A stretch of DNA of 64,000 nucleotides, taken from contig CAVVRV010000027.1 of NCBI GenBank assembly GCA_963750625.1, positions 46,191-110,190 of the forward strand, in the 5' to 3' direction. The notes under the pieces are model-generated. The model was not told the origin of the DNA and ran no database searches. It saw only the letters and a list, made by a program, of their open reading frames with translations. Origin of the DNA: an uncultured Gammaproteobacteria bacterium. GTDB taxonomy: Bacteria > Pseudomonadota > Gammaproteobacteria > Acidiferrobacterales > Sulfurifustaceae. The translations under genes and the position numbers were made by a program. The first letter of the stretch is position 1, and the number at the start of each line of letters is the position of its first letter. Shown here piece by piece: positions 12,183 to 24,609 of the stretch.

Positions 12183-14867
12183 TTACAGATTGCGTTGTAC
12201 CGCGAAAATCGCCGGCTCTTCAGGCAGGGTGCTCACGGAGAAACCGACCCGCTTCACGAGCGAAAGCATCGCGCCGTTTTCGGCCAGCACCTCGCCCTCC
12301 ATCTTCTTGAACCCCCTGGCCTTGGCGGCTTCGATCAGCAGCGTGAGCAGCCGCGCGCCGACGCCCCGGGTCTGCCACTCGTCGGCGACCACGATGGCGA
12401 ACTCGCAGCTGTCCCCGTCCGGATTGACGCCGTAGCGCGTTACCGCGATTTCGACCTCCTTGCCGTCCTGCATCACCACGGCAATCAGCGCCAGTTCGCG
12501 ATCGTAGTCGATCTGCGTAAAGCGCACGAGCATCTCCGGGCTGAGCTCCTCCAGCGTTTGCATGAAGCGCATGTACCTCGCCTTCGGCGAAAGATTGCGC
12601 ACGAACGCCGCTTCGATATCCGCGTCCTCCGGACGAATCGGCCGCAACACGATATCCGTCCCGTCCGGCAGTTGCATGTGCGAAACGAGATGGCTCGGGT
12701 ACGGATAAATCGTCATATGCCCGTAGCGGTCGCGTCGCGGCGGCGGCGTTTCCACCACGATGCGCACGTCGAGCGCCACGACCCCTTGCTCGTCGGCCAC
12801 CAGCGGATTGATGTCGAGTTCCTTGATTTGCGGCAGCTCGCAGACCATTTCCGACACCGCCAGCAGCACCTGCTCGAGCGCGGCATGATTGACGGCCGGC
12901 ATGTGGCGAAACGCCGCGATCAGCTTGGCGGCGCGCGTGTTGCGGATCATGTCCCGGACGATAAAAGTATTGAGCGGCGGAAGCGCACAGGCGCGATCGC
13001 GCAGCACCTCGATCGCCACGCCACCCAGCCCGAAGCTTATCACCGGGCCGAAAACCTCGTCGCGTATCACGCCCACGTGGAGCTCGCGTCCATGCGGATG
13101 CTTGTACATGCGTTCCACGGTCGCGCCGACGATGCGCGCCTGCGGGCGCTTGCGTTTCACCGACTCGACAAGCTCGCGGTACACCGAGCGTACCGCCTGG
13201 GCATTGCCGATGTTGAGGCGTACGCCGTTGACGTCGGACTTGTGCGTAATGTCGGGTGAAGCGATCTTGAGCGTCACGGGGTAGCCGATCGACTCCGCCA
13301 TCACCAGCGCCTCGCTCTCGCTGTGCGCTTCCATCCCCGGCAACAGCGGAATGCCGAACGCGTTCAACACCGCGCGCGCTTCCATGCCGGTAAGAAGTGT
13401 CCGGCGTTCGGCGAGCGCGGCATCGATGATCAGGTGGGCGCCCTCGACGTCCGGGCTGCTGTGCGGCGACAGCGGGCCCGGCACCTGGCGCAGCAACAGC
13501 TGGTTGCGCTGGTAATTGGCGAGATAGGCGAAGGCCTCGACCGACGCTTCGGGGCTGGGAAATTCCGGGAGCTGATGCTCGGTGAAAAGCGCGCGCGCCA
13601 CCAGCACCTGCGCCTCTCCCATCCAGCAGGCCAGCACGAGCTTGTCGGTGCCGGCCGCGAGTTCCACGATGTGCTTGGCCACCGCGAGCGGGTCGGTCAT
13701 GGCCTGAGGGGTCAACATCACCAGCAAGCCGTCCACGTGGGGATCGGCCAGGCAAGCCTCGGCGGCGTCGCGAAAACGCGACGGGGACGCATCGCCCAGG
13801 ATGTCCACCGGGTTGCCGTGCGACCAGTGCGAGGGCAGCAGCTTGTCGAGCCGCGCTATCGTGGTGTCCGACAATGTCGCCAGCTCGACACCGAGATCGG
13901 CCGCGCGATCCGCGGCGAGCACGCCGGGTCCGCCGGCGTTGGTCACGATCGCCAGCCGGTGACCGCGCACGCGATACTTCGTGGCCAGCAACTCCGCGGC
14001 GGAGAACAGCTGCTCGATCGTCATGGCGCGTACCGCGCCGGCGCGCGCGAGCGCGGCGTCGAACACATCGTCCGCGCCCACCAGGGCGCCGGTATGCGAC
14101 ATCGCGGCGCGCGACCCCGCGGCATGCCGCCCGGCCTTGACGACCACGACCGGTTTCAGGCGCGCGGCGACACGCAACGCGCTCAGGAACCGGCGCGATT
14201 GCCGGATACCCTCGATGTAGAGCAGGATGCTGTGCGTGGCGGGATCGACCGCGAGGTAATCGAGCAAGTCGCCAAAATCGATATCGGACCCTTCGCCCAG
14301 CGACACCACCGCCGAGAAACCCACGTGATGGGCCTCGGCCCAGTCGAGAATCGCCGTGCACAGCGCGCCGGATTGCGAGACCAGCGCGAGCGAGCCGGAG
14401 CGCGCGGTATTATTGGTGAACGTGGCGTTGAGTTTCGTCGCGGGGCGTATCAGCCCGAGGCAGTTCGGTCCGAGCAGGCGCATATGGTAACGCCGCGCCT
14501 CGGCGAGCAGCGCCGTTTCGAGTTCGATGCCGGTGGTCTTTTCCTGGCCTTCGGTAAACCCCGCCGAGTGGACGATCGCCGCGCGCACGCCATGTTCGCC
14601 GCATTCATGGATGATTCCCGGCACCGTGGCGGCCGGCGTGGCGATCACCACGAGGTCCACGGGCGCATCCGTCTCGGCAATCGAGTGGAAACAGCGCCGC
14701 CCGGCGACGGTGTCATGCTTGGGATTGATGGGAAAGATCGGCCCGTCGAAACCGGCCGCCAGCAAGTTGTGCAGAACGCGCCCGCCGACCGAGTCTTTGC
14801 GGTCCGATGCGCCGAAAACCGCGATGGCGCGCGGGGCAAACAGCCGATCAAGGTAATGCGGACCCAT
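12183..14867 (-). CDS. Protein lysine acetyltransferase, Pat/PatZ type (acyl-CoA synthetase-like plus C-terminal GNAT)
   Basis: 894 aa: CoA-binding N-terminus, LGPNCLG, SQSGA, HKSDVNGV ATP-grasp, IRPED..EFAIVVADEWQ.RGVG GNAT. Confidence 0.93.
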   Translation of the reverse strand: MGPHYLDRLFAPRAIAVFGASDRKDSVGGRVLHNLLAAGFDGPIFPINPKHDTVAGRRCFHSIAETDAPVDLVVIATPAATVPGIIHECGEHGVRAAIVHSAGFTEGQEKTTGIELETALLAEARRYHMRLLGPNCLGLIRPATKLNATFTNNTARSGSLALVSQSGALCTAILDWAEAHHVGFSAVVSLGEGSDIDFGDLLDYLAVDPATHSILLYIEGIRQSRRFLSALRVAARLKPVVVVKAGRHAAGSRAAMSHTGALVGADDVFDAALARAGAVRAMTIEQLFSAAELLATKYRVRGHRLAIVTNAGGPGVLAADRAADLGVELATLSDTTIARLDKLLPSHWSHGNPVDILGDASPSRFRDAAEACLADPHVDGLLVMLTPQAMTDPLAVAKHIVELAAGTDKLVLACWMGEAQVLVARALFTEHQLPEFPSPEASVEAFAYLANYQRNQLLLRQVPGPLSPHSSPDVEGAHLIIDAALAERRTLLTGMEARAVLNAFGIPLLPGMEAHSESEALVMAESIGYPVTLKIASPDITHKSDVNGVRLNIGNAQAVRSVYRELVESVKRKRPQARIVGATVERMYKHPHGRELHVGVIRDEVFGPVISFGLGGVAIEVLRDRACALPPLNTFIVRDMIRNTRAAKLIAAFRHMPAVNHAALEQVLLAVSEMVCELPQIKELDINPLVADEQGVVALDVRIVVETPPPRRDRYGHMTIYPYPSHLVSHMQLPDGTDIVLRPIRPEDADIEAAFVRNLSPKARYMRFMQTLEELSPEMLVRFTQIDYDRELALIAVVMQDGKEVEIAVTRYGVNPDGDSCEFAIVVADEWQTRGVGARLLTLLIEAAKARGFKKMEGEVLAENGAMLSLVKRVGFSVSTLPEEPAIFAVQRNL

Positions 14868-14982
14868 TTATTAGTGCTCTCCGTGCACTACGCAGATGAG
14901 CCTATTGTACGCGAAGCCGTACTATTTTGCTGCGCCGCCGGGTGGAGTTTTACTGGAAGGCAGCTGACTCACGAGAATCTAA

Positions 14983-15113
14983 GGAACCTCTGATTAAGTC
15001 CGTTCGTGGTGAGCCCGTCGAACCACGAACGGACGAATCGTCTGCCATTTACGGCATTTCCCGCTCACCCTTCGACAAGCTCAGGGCGAACGGGAAACTT
15101 GATGAGAGGTTCC
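14983..15113. mobile_element. MITE with IS5-like terminal inverted repeats and CTAA direct repeats
   Basis: GGAACCTCTGATTAAGT / ACTTGATGAGAGGTTCC (15/17 match), CTAA on both sides (14979-82, 15114-17), two internal hairpins. Confidence 0.8.
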
Positions 15114-15133
15114 CTAATTGTTGAGACTTTACG

Positions 15134-15580
15134 TTATGTGCTCGGTTTTCCCGCCGGAGCCATGTCACGGCCAGGGTGCTTGCAGCTGTCCGGGTTTTCA
15201 CGGCACTTCTCGCGGTGCTCGCGCATCTCCTCGCGCCTTTTCTTGCACTCTTCCGGGTTGGCCTCGCATTTGGCGCGCATTTCGGCGCGGTGCGCTTTCA
15301 TCTGTTCGCGCTGTTTCTGGCATTCCTCGGGATTGGCGTCGCACTTGGCCTTGCGCTCCGCCATGCGGGCCTTCATCTCCTCGCAGCGCTTCGGGTCCTG
15401 CGCGCATTTTTCCTGCATGCGGGTTTTCATTTCCTGGCACTTCTGCGGGTTGTCGGCGCACCACTGCTGACGATTGGGCGCCGGCCCGGGTTTGCCAGCG
15501 GCGTCATCGGCCAATGCCACGCCCGCGAACAGCCCCAGGAAGGCCGGGATTAAAACAAGAGAACGGATGTTTAGTTTCAT
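15134..15580 (-). CDS. Exported helical protein with five Cxx[ND]PxxC repeats
   Basis: Signal peptide ending ALA-D; CADNPQKC, CAQDPKRC, CDANPEEC, CEANPEEC, CRENPDSC. Confidence 0.8.
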   Translation of the reverse strand: MKLNIRSLVLIPAFLGLFAGVALADDAAGKPGPAPNRQQWCADNPQKCQEMKTRMQEKCAQDPKRCEEMKARMAERKAKCDANPEECQKQREQMKAHRAEMRAKCEANPEECKKRREEMREHREKCRENPDSCKHPGRDMAPAGKPST

Positions 15581-15654
15581 GAAAAAGACTCCATTTGTTG
15601 GTTGCATCAGGATTGCATAACGCGGCAACCCGAGGGAGGTTGACGGGATGTTTT

Positions 15655-15898
15655 GTGTGCGCTGCGCACACGACTTGAAAGGCTATTTGCGGGTGGCTCC
15701 GCCCCTGCACATTGCCGTCATCGCCACGAAAGCTAATTTGTCGTCATGCCCGCGCAGGCGGGCATGACGACATCTGTGCGGTGGAGCCACCCGCAATTAG
15801 TCTTAAAGTCAGCCGCCATCGGCGGCATCATTCAAACCTGGATCTCCGCCTTCGCGGAGATGACAGCAAGGATTAGACCGCCTTGCGGGCATGACGAC
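15655..15898. repeat. Nested palindromic repeat cluster (REP/BIME-like)
   Basis: Imperfect IR 15672-15710 / 15776-15810 around a perfect 15-bp stem 15739-15772; further units at 15838 and 15880. Confidence 0.85.
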
Positions 15899-15921
15899 GA
15901 TTTAAATTCGCAACGTTATTT

Positions 15922-18247
<2,326 letters not shown>

Positions 18248-18248
<1 letters not shown>

Positions 18249-18684
18249 CAGCGTTTCGCTTCGGCGGTTCGTTTCAACGCCAGATTCATCAGATTGAATG
18301 CCTTAAGTGTTTTCTCAGAAATAAAATGCATTATCAGCGGTGCGAGCAGACCGGAGAAGTGCTCGCGCTGGATGAAGCGGACGCCCTTGATGCCGTTCGG
18401 CACGATTAAAAACGCCAGTTCGCGATCGAAGACACCTTCGATCAACCGCCGGCGGCGCCAACGCAGTTCAGTGGCAGGGATAACCTTCACGACGAGTGGC
18501 GAAAATTTATATTCACGGCCTTGCGGAAGTCGCGCCTGGATCTTCAGGCGCTGGCCGGCGACAGGCTCCCCTGGATGGAAACCAGGAAAGGGTTCCATTT
18601 CGGGTAATCGGGGAAATAGGTCAACACGCGCCACACCATTTCGGGCGAGGCGGCGACGTCAACGGCGGTTTTGATGGTCGGCAC
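18248..18684 (-). CDS. SRPBCC/polyketide cyclase family protein (frameshift near 18570)
   Basis: GTG start gives [33 protein letters not shown], joining ..[25 protein letters not shown]. Confidence 0.8.
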
Positions 18685-20581
18685 TAGATGACCTCCGCCT
18701 TGTCGCCATTCTTCTCGAGCCAGTTCTTGCGGTCGGACGCGCGTTTCTTGCCGAGCAGCATGTCGAGCAGCTTGTTGGTGCTGTCGCCGGACTGGATTTC
18801 CAGTTGCACCAGCCGGCGCGTCTTCGGGTCCATGGTGGTTTCGCGCAGCTGGTCGGGTTCATCTCGCCCAGGCCCTTGAAGCGCGTGACCATCGGCTTGG
18901 CGCGCGAGCCGTTCGATTCGATACGCTTGAGGATTCCCGCTTTCTCCTCGTCGTCGAGCGCGTAGTGGATTTCCTTGCCCACGTCGATGCGGTACAACGG
19001 CGGCATGGCGACGCACACGCGGCCGTCCGCCACCAGCGGCCGGAAGTGGCGCACGAACAGCGCGCACAGCAGCGTCGCGATGTGCGCGCCGTCGGAATCG
19101 GCGTCCGCGAGAATGCACACCTTGCCGTAACGCAGGCCTTCGAGGTTGCTCGAGCCCGGATCGACGCCGAGCGCGACCGCAATGTCGTGCACTTCCTGCG
19201 AGCCCAGTACCTCGGCGGATTCCACTTCCCAGGTGTTCAGAATCTTGCCGCGCAGCGGCATGATCGCCTGAAAATCGCGGTCGCGCGCCTGCTTGGCGGA
19301 ACCGCCGGCGGAGTCGCCTTCGACCAGAAACAGCTCGGTGCGCGACAGGTCCTGGGCGCACGCAATCCGCGAGCTTGCCGGGCAACGCCGGGCCGGTGCC
19401 GATCTTCTTGCGCGCGACCTTTTTATCGGCGCGCTGCCGCTCCTGCGCCGGATTCGATCGCAAGCGCCGCGATCTTCTCGGCGTCGGCCACGTGCTGGTT
19501 GAGCCACAGGCTGAAGGCGTCCTTGGCCACGCCCTGCACGAAGCCGGCGGCCTCGCGCGAAGTCAGCCGCTCCTTGGTCTGCCCCGAAAACTGCGGGTCG
19601 CGCATCTTGAGCGAGAACACGTAGCTCGACTTGCCCCAGATGTCCTCGGGCGCGAGCTTCACGCCGCGCGGCAGCAGGTTGCGGAACTCGCAGAATTCGC
19701 GCATGGCGTCGGTGAGCCCGGCGCGGAAACCGTTGATATGCGTGCCGTCCTGCGTGGTCGGAATCAGATTGACGTAGCTTTCCATGATCGGCTCGCCGCC
19801 CGCCGGCAGCCACACGATGGCCCAGTCCACCTCGCCGTCGTCGCCCTTGTGATGGCCGACGAAGGGCTCGTCGGGAAGATACTCCCAGCCCTCGATCTGG
19901 GTCTTGAGGTAATCCTTGAGGCCGTCCTCGTAATGCCACTCCTCGTTATCCTTGGCATCGGCTTCGTTCGTGAAGCTGATGTACAGACCCGGACACAGCA
20001 CCGCCTTGGCGCGCAGCACATGCTTCAGGCGCGGGACGTGGAACTTCGACCGTGTCGAAAAACTGGGCATCGGGCCAGAAGCGGATGATGCTGCCGGTGA
20101 CGCTCTTTTGCGCCTTGCCGACCGCCTTCAATTCCGAAGTCTTCTGCCCGTCGGCGAAGGACATGCGGTATTCCTTGCCGTCGCGTCGCACCGAGACTTC
20201 GAGCTTCTGTGCGAAAGTGCATTGACCACCGACACGCCCACGCCGTGCAGACCGCCGGAGAAGGTGTAGTTCTTGTTCGAGAACTTGCCGCCGGCATGCA
20301 GGCGCGTGAGGATCACCTCGACACCCGAGACGCCCTCCTCCTTGTGCTTGTCCACCGGCATGCCGCGGCCGTTGTCCGCGACCGAGAGCGAGCCGTCGGC
20401 TGTGCAGCGTGACGTCGATCGCGCTGCAGTGACCGACGATGGCCTCGTCCACGCTGTTGTCGACCACTTCCTGGGCGAGATGGTTCGGGCGGTCGGTCTC
20501 GGTGTACATGCCCGGACGGCGACGCACCGGCTCGAGGCCGGTCAGGACTTCAATGGCGGAGGAATCGTAGACGGCGCTCAT
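18684..20581 (-). CDS. parE: DNA topoisomerase IV subunit B (several frameshifts)
   Basis: [76 protein letters not shown]. Confidence 0.97.
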
Positions 20582-20607
20582 GATGAAAAATTATTCATAA
20601 AAATACA

Positions 20608-21183
20608 TCAGGGATTATTTTGCAACTGGCGCCGCAGGTCTTCCGGCGAGGGCGCAGACTTCTGCCCGTCGCAGATATAGCGGCGGTAAATTACATCGCG
20701 AAAGGCATTGATCTCCGATCGCGGGACCGTCTGCCACTGGGGATTCGCCACCGGCGACCATGTGTGCTGCGAAGTGCCAATGGCGTAGGTCTTGTATTGC
20801 CGCGTGTCGCAACGGTATCCGTCGTAGAACACGCTGCGCGCGCCGGAAGGACTTTCCACGATGAGCGCGAATCGCGCGACAAGGTCCGGGGCGCGCGAAA
20901 TGGATTTACCGTCAATGTATATCTTCAGCGTGTCGGTGCTGTTCATGGCCACCGGCAACAGATCGCGATCCTCGGGATAAGGCGGGAGCACGATGGCGCT
21001 CTCCTTCCATTTCTCGGTGTATTTTTCATCAAAGGAGAATTCGCTCGGCTCGTCTCCATAGATGTCTTTCTTGGCGAGCACAGGATGGGACACGATGGCG
21101 AACGCCAGGGCCAACAGCGGAAGGCTGATGGCAAATCGGCGGCATCCGATCCGTAAAGCTGAAATCCGGGAGGTCCCTCGCAT
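20608..21183 (-). CDS. CNP1-like family exported protein (start uncertain)
   Basis: WKE..LPPYP, YID..SI, SPSGA..V.YDGYRC.T.QYK.YA motifs after a hydrophobic leader. Confidence 0.75.
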   Translation of the reverse strand: MRGTSRISALRIGCRRFAISLPLLALAFAIVSHPVLAKKDIYGDEPSEFSFDEKYTEKWKESAIVLPPYPEDRDLLPVAMNSTDTLKIYIDGKSISRAPDLVARFALIVESPSGARSVFYDGYRCDTRQYKTYAIGTSQHTWSPVANPQWQTVPRSEINAFRDVIYRRYICDGQKSAPSPEDLRRQLQNNP

Positions 21184-21270
21184 CGGGCGCGCAGTATACA
21201 GCAGATGCGCGCGATGCACGAGGCGCGTGATCAGCCGCGAACGGCCGATCACGCATGCGCACGGCGCAAT

Positions 21271-21859
21271 TCAGTTCGACAAATCCCGCGCCAGGGAATC
21301 GCGCGTGGCCGCCGGGATCGGGTCGACCGCATGGGTGTAGGCCGGATGATCGATGCCCATGGCGACCGCCGCACCCTGCTTGACGGCCTTGACCATCTCG
21401 GGGGTCAGTTCGAAACGCATGAAATGCACGGCGGAGGTTTTTTCCTCGTCTTCGCGTTCCAGGTCCTCGTCCACATGCGGGCGTACCGGTTCGAAACCCG
21501 CGACCCGGACCCAAACCCGGTTTTCAACGCCTTTCAGACGCTTCAGGGCCTCGCGGCGTTCCTCCACCTCCGGGAACTCGACCATGAAAGTCGCCTTCCA
21601 GTTACTGCCGTCCGGGATGAGCGGGTTGTAGGCGGCGAGTTCGTCGTTGATGCCCTCGGCCTCGAAAATACGCTCGATGCGCAGCATCTCCTGAACCTGG
21701 TATTGCATGGTCAGCCGGTCCTCGAAATAGAGCGTGGCATTCGGGCCGATGGCCACCTGGCGATGCTGCTTGTGCGCCATGACCTCGGCGCGGAAGTCGG
21801 TGCCGAAGCTCGGCGTATTTCTCGAGCGGATAGAGCTCGTCGCGGGTGAGCTTTTTCAT
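21271..21859 (-). CDS. DUF3501 family protein (frameshift near 21800)
   Basis: LEKYAELR, HKQHRQVAIGP, QYQVQEMLRIE, YNPLIPDG, KTSAVHFMRF. Confidence 0.9.
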
Positions 21860-21905
21860 GGCGTTGCTCTCGCTAATTTGACCGGAAATTTGATTCATCA
21901 TTGAC

Positions 21906-22208
21906 TCACTCCTTGCTCTTGTGTTCAAGGCCAACGATGGGTTTTTCGGTAAACAGATAATCGCGCAGTTCCTTGGAGAACCTCTGGTCGTGGCGGCGGA
22001 TCCACTCCAGCACCATCGCGGCGTGCTCCTTTTCCTCGTCGCGGTTGTGCGCCAGGATGGCGCGCAGTTCCTCGTCCTTGCAGGCATCGACCCGCTGGTT
22101 GTACCAGTCCACCGCCTCCAGTTCTTCCATGAGCGAAACGATGGCGCGGTGCATGTCGCGGGTTTCCTCGCTCAGGTTTCGAGCTTCGTGATAGCCCTCG
22201 TTAGACAT
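21906..22208 (-). CDS. Encapsulin-associated ferritin-like protein (EncFtn/Flp type)
   Basis: GYHE..LSEETRDMHRAIVSLMEELEAVDWYNQR..HNRDEEKEHAAM.LEWIRR. Confidence 0.92.
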   Translation of the reverse strand: MSNEGYHEARNLSEETRDMHRAIVSLMEELEAVDWYNQRVDACKDEELRAILAHNRDEEKEHAAMVLEWIRRHDQRFSKELRDYLFTEKPIVGLEHKSKE

Positions 22209-22228
22209 ATCCCTTCCTCGTATGAGAA

Positions 22229-23583
22229 TCAAATCCCGTAGGCCGCACGCAGCAGCGACATCGGGTGTTCCGGCTGCTTACCGGTCTTCAGGCCATTCTC
22301 GATCTGGTGCCCGGCCATCGGACAGTCGCTGCTATAATGATCGCATTCGCCTGCTTGCACGCGATCAACCACCGGTCGGCAGATTTTCATCGATGCGTCG
22401 TGGAACTCACTCTTCACCGCATAGGTGCCGTCGTGCCCGGAGCAGCGCTCGATGGTCTCGATCTTGGTGTCTGGCACGAGTTGCAGCAGCTCGCGCGTCT
22501 TGAGGCCGATGTTCTGCACGCGCAGGTGGCAAGGAACGTGGTAGGCAACCTTGCCAAGCGAGTTCTTGAAGTCGGTGTTCAGCTTGCCTTCCTTGTGGCG
22601 CAACATCAGGTACTCGAACGGATCGAACATCGCCTTCTTGACCTTTGCGACATCCGGATCGTCGGGAAACATGAGCGGCAGTTCCTGCTTGAACATGAGC
22701 ACGCAGGACGGCACCGGCGCGACGATGTCCCAGCCCTCGTCCACGAGCTTGGCCAGCACCGGGATGTTCGCTTCCTTGGCGCGCGCCACCGCCTCGAGAT
22801 CGCCGAGTTCGAGCTTGGGCATGCCGCAGCACTGCTCCTTCTCGGCGATGGTCACCGGAATACCGTTGTGTTCGAACACGGCGACCAGGTCTTCGCCGAT
22901 ATGCGGTTCGTTGTAGTTGCCATAGCAGGTGGCAAACAGCGCGACCCGGCCGCGCGTGCGTCCGGCCGGGGTGGCGGCAATGCCATTGCCCTTCGGCGGC
23001 TGTTTGGCAGCGCTTGCGCAAGGTGCTGCTGTGATATTCCGGCAGCAGTCGCCTTCGGGTGCACGCCCAGCATCTTATCGAGCGCCTTGCGCAAGACCTT
23101 GGATCTTGTTCGCGGCATTGACGGCCTGCACCACCATCGGAATACCGGCGAGCTCTGCCGACCAGTATCGGTGCTGGTAAGCAGTCTGTCGCGTTTCTTC
23201 ACGTCGCCCTTTTTAAACTTCACCGCCTTGGCGCGCAGCATGAGGTGCGGGAAATCGACGTTCCATTCATGCGGCGGGACATACGGGCACTTGGTCATGA
23301 AACACAGATCGCAGAGATAGCAATGATCGACGACCTGCCAGTAGTCTTGCTTCTTGACGCCGTCGACTTCCATCGTGGGCGAGTTGTCCACCAGGTCGAA
23401 CAGCGTCGGAAAGGCCTGACACAGACTGACGCAGCGGCGGCAGCCGTGGCAGATGTCGAAGACGCGCTCGAGCTCTTTCATCAGCGCCTCTTCGTCGTAA
23501 AACCCGGGCTTCTTCCAGTCGAGCGGATGGCGCGTCGGCGCCTTGAGACTGCCTTCGCGTTGGCCTTCAGTCGGTTGGCTCAT
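22229..23583 (-). CDS. Rubrerythrin-associated Fe-S oxidoreductase, GlpC/HdrD-like with CCG domains (frameshifted)
   Basis: CHGCRRCVSLC, CYLCDLCFMTKCPY, CCGMP, HVPCH, RCSGHDG, SDCPMA. Confidence 0.92.
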
Positions 23584-23720
23584 GATCGAATCTGCATGAT
23601 GATAAATTCAGGACATCTTCCTTTTTACGGCTGCAACCAGCTTTGACCGCCATCAAACGCGGCCGGGAAGAATGAAGCGACGGGCGGGCACACCCGAACC
23701 CGTCGCTCATGGCTGACGAT

Positions 23721-24144
<424 letters not shown>

Positions 24145-24252
24145 GATTGACTCCTCTTTTCGGTCGGTTTACGGTAATGTTATGAATTTAAAAAGATTAA
24201 ATCAAATACTTTGACTTGGACAACTAAATCCAAAAAACTTCAATCGATACTG

Positions 24253-24291
24253 ATTTAGAATAATTCTAAATTAGTGAAAAACCCTTGTCAA
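24253..24291 (-). promoter_or_regulatory. Sigma70 promoter of the rbr operon overlapped by an Irr/PerR-like palindrome
   Basis: Minus strand TTGACA (24291-86), 17 nt, TAGAAT (24268-63); TTTAGAA-TAA-TTCTAAA at 24254-24270. Confidence 0.82.
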
Positions 24292-24609
24292 CAGCGAGCT
24301 TTCACAGCTGGCCAATTCAATGGAGATTGGTTGGAATGTAGCTATTCTTAGTTTCAGGTGCCTCGCACAGACCATTTACCGTGCTGGCCACATTCCAGGC
24401 GCCATTATCCCGGCAAAGAATTAGCGAGGGCAGGCAGCACGAAAGCTCGGTAAAAAATTGAGACCGCATCGTTCCGGCGCAGGAATTTGAATGCGAACTT
24501 CAAAAAGCGCAGGGACCAGGAGGAAAAATGATTTGGCGCAGCAGAATATCTAAACTATATTTGATTGACCCGGCGCAAAAGCAGTGACGCTTACCTAGAT
24601 TTCCACATC

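Noticed and set aside
23676-23707. AGCGACGGG..CCCGTCGCT hairpin after rbr as an ncRNA
   Set aside because: Simple intercistronic stem, likely mRNA-stabilising; no further support
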